64,000 nucleotides of DNA from Spirochaetia bacterium (GTDB lineage: Bacteria; Spirochaetota; Spirochaetia; DSM-16054; Sediminispirochaetaceae): assembly GCA_034520965.1 (NCBI GenBank), contig JAXHMY010000001.1, positions 480,001-544,000 on the forward strand, written 5' to 3'. Below the pieces are notes generated by a model. That model made no database searches. It was given only the letters and a program-made list of their open reading frames with translations, and was not told where the DNA came from. Position 1 is the first letter of the stretch, and every line of letters begins with the position of its first letter. The position numbers were made by a program, and so were the translations under genes. Shown here in pieces: positions 48,958 through 57,238 of the stretch.

Positions 48958-51486
48958 TTAGATATCTATTATTCCAAGCCTGGTAGCATAATGAACTAAC
49001 TCTGCAGCGTTTTTCACCTTAAGCTTGCGAAAAATGCTGGTACGGTGATTTTCAACCGTACGGTAACTTATATAAAGGCTTTGAGCAATTTTTTTTACCG
49101 ATAAACCCTCAGCCAAAAGGCGCATAATCTCCTGCTCCCGCGCAGTGAGGGACTCATAGTCGTTGTCCTGTACATCGTAGAATCGCTGGGGATGTTCCAG
49201 GGCCTTTTGAATTATCACCTCTAGGGTAACTTGATCAAAAAAATACTCGCCCCGCAGCACCTGCTTTATGCCGTCAATAAGGCGCACAGGTGAAGTCTCT
49301 TTGGTCATATACCCGCTCACTCCGTTACTGACCGCTTCCAGCACATAATCACTGCGGCTATACATACTAAGTATGATAATTTTGAGCAGCGGATATTGTT
49401 CACGAAGCTGAGAAACAAGCTCAACCCCTGAACCATCGGGCAGCGAAATGTCAAGAACCACCACGTCGATATCGGAATCTCTTAAGATTTCGCGGAGTTC
49501 TTCGACAGTCTCCGCCTCCCCACTAATAACAATGTCCTTATCTCGCTGCAGAGCAACTTTTACACCATCTCTTACAGGGGGGTGATCATCTACCAGTACC
49601 ACACGAATTCCACGTAGAGTAGACATACTATCGCCTTCCTTCATTAAGGGGGTTACGATAGCATGCCCCTCCCAGAACCGTACGTGCGCAACTAACGCAT
49701 ACGGCTCCTAGCACTAAACATTCGACCATTGCCAGATGTCTTTGCAAATTCTCGGTCTTGGTATTAATTTCCATATCTTTTCAAACGTCTCCCAATTTAT
49801 CTTGTGCTTCTGACCTCTCCGCCTTAGAGCCTTATACAGCGTATATCTGATGTATTTATAGAACTTGTACAGCCCTATTAGATTTCCGTTGACCCCATAG
49901 TAATTGTAGTGCCCAACCAGTTTCCGGCTTAGTGCTCTCACAATCTCCATGACAGGTCGATGCATATTCCATCTAATCCACTGTTTTGCGCTCTCGCGTT
50001 TAGCCTTCAGCTTCTTCTTGCTAGTGAGGTGCAGAACTGTGTACTTACCAGTCCTTGTACTGGCATTCACGTGGGTGAATCCAAGAAAATCAAATGTCTC
50101 CTTGGTTCCTTTGTACCTTCCAAATGGAATGATCCTTGTCTTCTCTTCGGCCACCGTTAGCTTGAACTTTGCAAGCCTTTTAAGCATCACCTCGTAGAAT
50201 CTTTTCGCATCATCCTCGTACTGGAACAATACCACATAGTCATCCGCATAACGGTATAAGTATGCCTCACCCCTCAAACACCTTTTCACTACCTTCTCAA
50301 ACCACAAGTCGAGTACGTAATGAAGATAGACGTTAGCCAGCACCGGCGAAATAAGCCCTCCTTGCGGAGTCCCCTTGTCGCTGTCGCTGACGTTCCCATT
50401 CTCCATGATCCCCGCCTTGAGAAATCTTACTACATAACGGATGAAATTCTTGTCCTGTATATCGTTCTCAAGAAACTTCACCAGCCATTCGTGGTCGACA
50501 TTGTCAAAGAACCCTTTGATGTCGGCATCAAGAATATAATTTACCTTCTTAGTCATGATCGTTTGGTTTATCTCCCGTATCACATCATGACAATTCCGAT
50601 TCGGCCTGAACCCGTAGGAACAGTCCAGAAACCTCGGCTCGTATATCTCAGTCAGCACCTTCGCCATTATTCCCTGTACGAGTTTGTCCTCATACGCCGG
50701 GATTCCCAGCGGTCGTACCGTGCCATCCGTCTTGGGTATGTATGTTCTTCTCACCGCCTGCGGTCTGTAGCTGAAGGATTTCATCCGTCCAAGCAATGCA
50801 TCCACATGCTCTTCCAGTCCGGACTCATAGCTCTCCTTCGTCGCTCCGTCTATGCCTGCGGCTTTTCCTCTGACCTGCGCTCGATGCTCCGCCTTCAGGT
50901 TCTCCCTGTTGACGTAGTGCATGAGCGTCTGCATCTTCGCGTGACTCTCCGACAACCTCCTCAATTCCCCATAACTGTTTTCCACTCTTTCAGAACCTCC
51001 AGTGTTCCTGGTGTTGGCCACAAGAAATACGTTTAATGCCCAGACCCCTTCGCTCCACCGACTTTCACCGGTTTCATCGCTACTATGAGTCTGTCCGATT
51101 GCTGATGCCCCATACAGGTTTCTTGACTCCTCGCCTTTACGTCCCCTATTAGTCCAACGGACAGGACATCAGCCCTCCCAGGTACGCTTGATCTACCTTG
51201 TGTGCTCGCCATGCTCTCAGACCCCGTTGGGTTCTCCGCACTCTCGCCTTTTTCCGAGCGCTTCTTGCTGGTTGCTGTCACATGAAAAACATCACCACCC
51301 AATCTTTATACTAACGAGGCTCAATCACGTTCAACCTTTCGGCTTATGGCTCTCACACTCCTTTACCTACGCTTAAACCTCACCTCACGGCTTCGGCTCC
51401 AAGGCTAAGTACCGGCTGTTGGCTAGACTTTACCGGACAGGGTGTCTCACCCTGCTATATATCAAACGCCGAACTGGCGCACTCAT
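48958..51486 (-). CDS. NarL/LuxR-type response regulator interrupted by a group II intron; exons 51483-51486 and 48958-49613
   Basis: Ligated ATG A|GT GGA ATT CGT gives MSGIRVVLVDDH (660 nt, in frame); LDISLPDGSG, LTAREQEI, TVENHR. Confidence 0.88.
49614..51482 (-). mobile_element. group II intron, apparently complete (1869 nt)
   Basis: 5' GTGCG at 51482; domain V GAGCCGTATGCG..CGCACGTACGGTTC (49675-49707); 13-bp domain VI stem with bulged A at 49620; 3' end AC at 49614. Confidence 0.92.
49714..51021 (-). CDS. ltrA: group II intron reverse transcriptase/maturase without endonuclease domain
   Basis: AAGIDG, RPLGIP, SYGFRP, DADIKGFFD, GTPQGG, RYADD, FDFLGF, X-domain GHYNYY. Confidence 0.93.
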   Translation of the reverse strand: MANTRNTGGSERVENSYGELRRLSESHAKMQTLMHYVNRENLKAEHRAQVRGKAAGIDGATKESYESGLEEHVDALLGRMKSFSYRPQAVRRTYIPKTDGTVRPLGIPAYEDKLVQGIMAKVLTEIYEPRFLDCSYGFRPNRNCHDVIREINQTIMTKKVNYILDADIKGFFDNVDHEWLVKFLENDIQDKNFIRYVVRFLKAGIMENGNVSDSDKGTPQGGLISPVLANVYLHYVLDLWFEKVVKRCLRGEAYLYRYADDYVVLFQYEDDAKRFYEVMLKRLAKFKLTVAEEKTRIIPFGRYKGTKETFDFLGFTHVNASTRTGKYTVLHLTSKKKLKAKRESAKQWIRWNMHRPVMEIVRALSRKLVGHYNYYGVNGNLIGLYKFYKYIRYTLYKALRRRGQKHKINWETFEKIWKLIPRPRICKDIWQWSNV

Positions 51487-51531
51487 GCACAAACTATATC
51501 ATATTTTTTTCTTTTATGGTTCACTATTAAT

Positions 51532-52353
51532 ATGAACATCGATAACTTAGACACAGTCCTGCCGTATATTGTACAGTTAGCCCAGTCCGCCGGAAAGCTG
51601 CAGAGGGAATATATAGATTCCTCCGTTACAATGCAGAATAAAAGCAGTCAGGTTGACCTTGTAACCGAGGTAGATCAACGCTGCGAAGAACTGATTTCCT
51701 CGAATTTGCATACTAAGTTTCCCGAGCATCAGATTTTAGGCGAGGAAGGGGGTTCTCAGGCAAGCACAAGTAATTCTCCGTACAAATGGGTTATTGATCC
51801 GCTGGACGGAACCACGAACTACGTGCATCAAGTTCCGGTGTTTGCAACCTCGATTGCGCTGTTAAAAGACACTACACCGATCCTCGGAGTAGTTCATAGC
51901 GAACCCCTTAAGCGAACCTATACAGCTATTGCCGGGCAGGGGGCGTTTCTTAACTCGACTCGGATCCATTGCTCGGAGACCGGGGATATCAATGCTTCTG
52001 TAGTAGCCACGGGCTTTCCCTACGACCGAGCCACCTCAAAGAAAAACAATGTGAACTACGTTGCCCATATGATCCCACGGGTACGCGGAATTCGTCGTTT
52101 AGGTGTGGCAGCTCTAGATGCCTGTTTTGTAGCTGAGGGAGTTTTTGATGCCTACTGGGAACTGAAAGTACGCCTGTGGGATATCGCCGCAGGGGTATTA
52201 ATTGCTCGGGAAGCGGGTGCAGTGGTACACTACCTCGCCGGTAGGCAGCCATACACCTACGATATACTTTGCGCAGCCCCTACTCTCCACGAAGCTCTGC
52301 TCCAGGAACTACTTACAGTGGATACAGATTTTTCCAGTTTAGCGAGCACCTAG
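51532..52353 (+). CDS. suhB: inositol monophosphatase family protein
   Basis: DLVTEVD, ILGEE, WVIDPLDGTTNY, TGFPY, WDIAAG. Confidence 0.85.
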   Translation: MNIDNLDTVLPYIVQLAQSAGKLQREYIDSSVTMQNKSSQVDLVTEVDQRCEELISSNLHTKFPEHQILGEEGGSQASTSNSPYKWVIDPLDGTTNYVHQVPVFATSIALLKDTTPILGVVHSEPLKRTYTAIAGQGAFLNSTRIHCSETGDINASVVATGFPYDRATSKKNNVNYVAHMIPRVRGIRRLGVAALDACFVAEGVFDAYWELKVRLWDIAAGVLIAREAGAVVHYLAGRQPYTYDILCAAPTLHEALLQELLTVDTDFSSLAST

Positions 52354-52499
52354 GCCGGCAGCTGCCCTTTATGCAGAATTGCTCTATACAGATTCTCTTC
52401 ACTTGGCAGGCTCAGAAGCAGCAAGAAAAATACGAACAAAGGGCTGCCCAAGAACAATTCTCAGACAGCCCCTTTTACTTTTGTTTATCTCTTTTAATT

Positions 52500-53408
52500 T
52501 TATCCCTTTACAGATCCGGCCATCATACCGCGAACAAAGTACCTCTGCAGAGTGAAGAAAATGATCAACGGCATAATCATGGTTAAGAAGGCACCGGAGG
52601 TTAGCACGTGCCAGTCCTGGCCGCGCGAGCCGACCATTTCGGCCAGGCGGGTGGTAACCAGGGCATTCTCTTTATTGGTGCCTAGAAAAACCAAGGCTAC
52701 CAGAAGGTCGTTCCATACCCACAAAAACTGGAAAATTGCAAATGAGGCTATTGCAGGTTTTGATAAGGGCAGCACCAGCCGGGTAAAGCACATCCAGGGA
52801 GTGGCGCCGTCGGCGTGGGCGGATTCAATAATCTCCTTGGGTATTCCGGAGATATATCCGAACAGAAGATAAACTGCCAAGGGCAAACCAAAGCCGGTGT
52901 GGGCCAGCCAGATTCCCAGATAGGTTCCGTTCAGCTGATTAGCGGTATACACCTTTAATACCGGAATAAGGGCCATCTGCAGCGGCACTACTAGGAGGCC
53001 GACAATTATTACAAAAATTGCCTCACGGCCGGGAAAATCCATCCAGGCGATTGCGTATGCGGCAAAGGCTGCGATGGTGATAGGTATTACCGTAGAAGGA
53101 ATAGTAACCAGCAAACTATTGAGAAATGCCAGCCCCATAAAGTCTGCATACAGCACGCTTATGTAGTTCTGCAGAGTCCAGCGGGCACTAAAGGGGTGCC
53201 CTATCACCGTCCACCAGCCGGTATTATTAATTGCCTCGGGGGTTCTAAAGGAACTGACCAAGAGGCCTAGAATAGGCACAACCCAAATCAAAATTATTGC
53301 CAAAAGAATCAGGCGCATCGGGACGCTTTTTAATACGCGCTGCACTTTTACAGATGCGGGCGGCTTATTAATCGTAATCTGTCGGGTTTCCATTGTTGTA
53401 TCACTCAT
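52500..53408 (-). CDS. carbohydrate ABC permease (AglG-like)
   Basis: VVPLQMALIP, IESAHADGA, QFLWVWNDLL. Confidence 0.88.
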   Translation of the reverse strand: MSDTTMETRQITINKPPASVKVQRVLKSVPMRLILLAIILIWVVPILGLLVSSFRTPEAINNTGWWTVIGHPFSARWTLQNYISVLYADFMGLAFLNSLLVTIPSTVIPITIAAFAAYAIAWMDFPGREAIFVIIVGLLVVPLQMALIPVLKVYTANQLNGTYLGIWLAHTGFGLPLAVYLLFGYISGIPKEIIESAHADGATPWMCFTRLVLPLSKPAIASFAIFQFLWVWNDLLVALVFLGTNKENALVTTRLAEMVGSRGQDWHVLTSGAFLTMIMPLIIFFTLQRYFVRGMMAGSVKG

Positions 53409-53411
53409 ACT

Positions 53412-54521
53412 CTACCTCCTGTTCTCCCGCATCTGGGTGATGTTTCGTATCATAAACGGTATAACCACTATGAAGAGAAACACCGCTAAGGCACTACCTC
53501 GACCGAAGTTTCGGTAAATAAAGGCCTCCTTGTACATCCGCGTTGCAACAATACCGGTATCGTAGTTTCCGCTGGTCATAACATATACAATATCAAAGAT
53601 TTTCAGCACCATGAACAGAATCGTGGTCATAACCGTCAGGATGGTACCCTTTATATACGGTATTACCACATTGAAGAAAATCCTGATTTCAGTTGCGCCG
53701 TCAATTCTGGCCGCCTCAAGCAAGCTGCTGGGCACCCCCTTTACAGCCGCCGATTGAATTACCATCGCAAATCCGGTCTGCAGCCAAATCATGATGAACA
53801 GCAGAAAGAAGTTGTTCCACGGCCTGATAATGAGCCAGGCAACCGGCTCACCTCCAAAGGCAGTCACGATTGCATTCAACAACCCGATTTGCTCGTATCC
53901 GGCGGGCTGGTAGTAGTATACAAAGCGCCAAATAACACTGGCACCGACAAAGCTGATGGCCATTGGAAGAAAGATCAATGATTTTACAATTTTCTCCCAT
54001 CCCGGCTTTAGTCGGTCGGACATTACCGCAATCAGCAGCCCCATAGCAACAGCAACAAATGGAACAATAACAACCCAAAACAGAGTATTTCGCAGAATAA
54101 TGAGCATTTGCGGGTCGGTAAAGACGAACTCATAATTCCTCAATCCGACAAACTCCGTGCTGGTACGGTTCAGAAAACTCAAGTAGATGGTTCGCAGGGC
54201 GGGGAATACGATGTAAAACAGCAACACCGCCATTGCCGGTCCAACGAATACAAAGGGACGCAGCATATCCCGCATACGGGTAGGCAGCATCGAGACAAGG
54301 TTGTTGGTAGCTGCAAACAGCACCCACACTCCACCCACACCAATGGTAAGGGCTACAATACCTATGAGGAACTTGGATGCTTCGGAGTCCCTCATAAATA
54401 TAAAGCTCCACCGTAAAACAAGAAAGGTAACAACCGGGACTATTAACGACACAGCGATTCTAGTTGGAGTAGCTGCAAAAATCTCAAATAGGCGGTTGTT
54501 TTTGTTAGGTACTTGTGCCAT
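53412..54521 (-). CDS. carbohydrate ABC permease (AglF-like)
   Basis: FLPMAISFVGA, WLQTGFAM, EAARIDGA. Confidence 0.88.
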   Translation of the reverse strand: MAQVPNKNNRLFEIFAATPTRIAVSLIVPVVTFLVLRWSFIFMRDSEASKFLIGIVALTIGVGGVWVLFAATNNLVSMLPTRMRDMLRPFVFVGPAMAVLLFYIVFPALRTIYLSFLNRTSTEFVGLRNYEFVFTDPQMLIILRNTLFWVVIVPFVAVAMGLLIAVMSDRLKPGWEKIVKSLIFLPMAISFVGASVIWRFVYYYQPAGYEQIGLLNAIVTAFGGEPVAWLIIRPWNNFFLLFIMIWLQTGFAMVIQSAAVKGVPSSLLEAARIDGATEIRIFFNVVIPYIKGTILTVMTTILFMVLKIFDIVYVMTSGNYDTGIVATRMYKEAFIYRNFGRGSALAVFLFIVVIPFMIRNITQMRENRR

Positions 54522-54629
54522 ATAGAACTCCTTCCGGACTGTAGAAGGATGCAGGCAGAATTATCTGCCTGCATACATATTGTTTTTTTCGACTTTTTTA
54601 TATCAGCCGTCTCTCAGCTCACACACTTA

Positions 54630-55982
54630 CTATTCTTCAGGCCAGCTGTTGTCAATATTGGTGAGTACCTTTTCAAGATCTTCTCCACTCACCCAGTCGA
54701 CCATTCCCTTCCAGAAGGAACCGGCGCCAACTTGGCCGGGCATCAGGTCGGAGGCATCAAAGCGGAAGGTGTCGGCATTCATCAGAATCTCGGCATATCC
54801 GCGGTCGATATCGGAGGGATACCACTCGAGGGGAGTGTCTTTGTGGGGAGATACAAAACCGCCGGCCTGCAGCCAGGCTTTAGTAGAAATCCCCTGGGTA
54901 AGATACTTCATCACAGCTTTGGTTTCCGGCTTGTCGGTAAATGCTGATAGGCAGTCACCAGCACCCAGAACAGGCTTGCCCTCTTCTTCGTCGATCCCCG
55001 GCAGATAAAAATAGTCAACATCTTCACCAACCTTCGTGCCATCCGGCAGGAAGCCGAGAATAAAATTGGCCTGACGGTGCATCAGGGCCCGTGGAGGATC
55101 CTGTACAAGGGCAGTGGCGGCATCGCCAAAGGGTACGGTCAGAATGCTGTTGCGCCCGCCGAGGACATAGTCTTTATTGAACCAAATATCCCCTAGAATC
55201 TTGCTGGCACGTTTTACCTCAGGTGAGTTGAAGTCGAGCTCGCCCTTTACCCACTGGTCGTACTTCTCGGGGGGCTGGGTCCGCAGCATGATGTCTTCGA
55301 GCCAGTCGGTAGCCACCCAGCCGGTTGCACCGGAACTTTCAATGCCGATTGACCAGGGAGTATAACCGTCGGCGACCATCTGATCGCTCAGAGCCAGCAG
55401 TTCATCCCAGGTCTCCGGAATTTCATAGCCCTCTTGGTCGAATACCTGCTTTGAATACCATACCAGGCTCTTTACAGTGGCGCGGTACCATACACCGACC
55501 ATCTCGCCTTTGTAAGAACCAAGGTCAAGCCAGCTCTGGTCGTACTGCTGCTTCATGTAATCCTCGCTAAACCAGTCGTTCAAGTCGATGTGGTCCGTAC
55601 GGTTCATCACATCCTGCATAAGACCGGGCTGGGGGAATGCGGCAACGTCGGGGGGATCTCCACCCTCGGTTCGAACGGTAATTAGGGACTCAAAGTCACC
55701 GGAGCCCTCATACTCAACCTCGATACCGGTAGCTTCCTCAAAGGTCACCATACTTTTCTCGAATTTTTCAGCATCCGTATCGACGAATGCACCAAAAATG
55801 TTTACAGTTTTGCCGGAAAGATCCTGTCCATCGGTCCATTCATTGTCGGTATAGTCTCTTCCAGCAGTCTCTTCCGCTTCACCCTCATCGGATTCCTTTG
55901 GCTGACAAGATACAAACAGCATACTTGTCAGAAAGGCAACCACAACAAAAAGGGTAAAGAAAAGTCTTGATCCTTTACGCAT
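54630..55982 (-). CDS. alpha-glucoside ABC substrate-binding lipoprotein (AglE-like)
   Basis: FVSC lipobox, PQPG, KSLVWY, ATGWVATDWLED, FRFDASDLMP. Confidence 0.85.
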   Translation of the reverse strand: MRKGSRLFFTLFVVVAFLTSMLFVSCQPKESDEGEAEETAGRDYTDNEWTDGQDLSGKTVNIFGAFVDTDAEKFEKSMVTFEEATGIEVEYEGSGDFESLITVRTEGGDPPDVAAFPQPGLMQDVMNRTDHIDLNDWFSEDYMKQQYDQSWLDLGSYKGEMVGVWYRATVKSLVWYSKQVFDQEGYEIPETWDELLALSDQMVADGYTPWSIGIESSGATGWVATDWLEDIMLRTQPPEKYDQWVKGELDFNSPEVKRASKILGDIWFNKDYVLGGRNSILTVPFGDAATALVQDPPRALMHRQANFILGFLPDGTKVGEDVDYFYLPGIDEEEGKPVLGAGDCLSAFTDKPETKAVMKYLTQGISTKAWLQAGGFVSPHKDTPLEWYPSDIDRGYAEILMNADTFRFDASDLMPGQVGAGSFWKGMVDWVSGEDLEKVLTNIDNSWPEE

Positions 55983-56037
55983 AGCACTCTCCTTTTAAAA
56001 CTTGTTTATTTTCCATGTGCATCTCAATAACAGTTCA

Positions 56038-56091
56038 TGCACACGGTTGCACTAATAAATTCAGTGTACGTTAGGTCCCATGTACTGTCAA
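56038..56091 (-). promoter_or_regulatory. promoter with LacI-type operator (56038-56051)
   Basis: Minus-strand TTGACA-17 bp-TACACT followed by the same 14-mer. Confidence 0.75.
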
Positions 56092-56108
56092 GAAAAAGTT
56101 TTTAAAAG

Positions 56109-56249
56109 TAGTAATTTTAATTTTGGATAGTGCAATGCACTATCCAAAATTAGAATGCCTCCAACCGTTTAGATACACAAATTTTTGCTAAGAAAATAAA
56201 GCAAATTCTAAATTTGGAAGTCGTAAGACTTCCAAATTTAGAATTGCTG
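56109..56249. mobile_element. MITE-like double-hairpin element, copy 3 (141 bp, divergent)
   Basis: TAGTAATTT...GAATTGCTG flanked by TTTTAAAAG (56100-56108, 56250-56258); shares the TTTGGAAGTC/GACTTCCAAA hairpin. Confidence 0.72.
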
Positions 56250-56394
56250 TTTTAAAAGTAGTAATTCTTAAGCCCAGCCAGTCATAAAAAAGAGCGCTGC
56301 AGCCCTATTCTTCCAAAATATTGAATTGTGAGTGCCCTTCAGCTTTTATAAGCAGATCTTTTCTGCTACTATATATCACATTATTGGAGAAAAT

Positions 56395-56739
56395 ATGGAA
56401 GTGAAGGACGTTTGTAAAATAGTCGATGCTCAGTTGCACACTCCATCGCGTGAGAAAGAGTGTAAAATTGAAAAGGCCTTTTCTTCAGATTTGATGAGCG
56501 ATGTATTAACACTTCTTACGGATAATCTGCTTTTAATCACTGGTTTGAACAATATTCAAACCGTAAGAACCGCAGAAATGGGCGATATCTGTCATATTTT
56601 GTTTGTGAGGGGTAAGCAACCCAGCGAAAAGATGATTGAACTGGCCGAAGAACAGCACATTGTTCTGATGTCTACTTCGTACTCAATGTTCAAGGCTTCC
56701 GGCTTATTGTGGGCAGCCGGGTTATCACCGGTATACTGA
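56395..56739 (+). CDS. DRTGG-domain protein
   Basis: SDLMSDVL, LLITGL, VRTAEM, VRGKQP. Confidence 0.8.
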   Translation: MEVKDVCKIVDAQLHTPSREKECKIEKAFSSDLMSDVLTLLTDNLLLITGLNNIQTVRTAEMGDICHILFVRGKQPSEKMIELAEEQHIVLMSTSYSMFKASGLLWAAGLSPVY

Positions 56740-56773
56740 AAAGTCGGCCGGGCAAGAGAGGTTATAAAAAACC

Positions 56774-57238
56774 GTGCATTTTGAATTCGAAATTGAAGCC
56801 GGCGATTTTTCCAACGCCGGATATGCATCCAGCCAAATAAAAAAAATACTCAAACAGCTTAACCTGCCGAACAACGTAGTGAAAAAGGCCGTAGTGGCTC
56901 TGTTTGAATCGGAAGTAAATGTGATCGGCCACAGCTTCGGTGGAACAGTTGCAATCGATATCGAAAACGAACGCTTACACATATTAGTGAGCGACACCGG
57001 ACCTGGTATCGAAGATGTAGATCTGGCAATGTCCGAGGGCTATTCTACCGCCACGAAGGAAATTCAGGAAATGGGTTTTGGAGCAGGTATGGGACTGCCG
57101 AATATCAAGAAAAATACTGACTACCTTGATATACGCAGTCAAGCAGGGGACCACACCGAAATCGAGATGTTAATACACTTTAACCAAGAGTCCGACCAAG
57201 ATCCAGATCTAGGGTCCGCGGAGGACAGGCAATCGTGA
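56774..57238 (+). CDS. anti-sigma-factor-like Ser/Thr kinase (HATPase_c)
   Basis: ESEVNVIGH, DTGPGI, GYSTA, GFGAGMGLPNI. Confidence 0.82.
   Translation: MHFEFEIEAGDFSNAGYASSQIKKILKQLNLPNNVVKKAVVALFESEVNVIGHSFGGTVAIDIENERLHILVSDTGPGIEDVDLAMSEGYSTATKEIQEMGFGAGMGLPNIKKNTDYLDIRSQAGDHTEIEMLIHFNQESDQDPDLGSAEDRQS

Noticed and set aside
49627..49644. ORF-track start of the response regulator at 49644 (MKEGDS...)
   Set aside because: It lies in the domain VI loop and has no SD; ATG 49626 has a well-spaced SD, and the native start is 51486.
51033..51302. 89-aa ORF upstream of the RT
   Set aside because: It lies within the ribozyme domains of the intron and has no protein motifs.
52500..55982. Sugar ABC operon lacking an ATPase gene
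   Set aside because: Common for CUT1 transporters, which share MsmX/MsiK-type ATPases.
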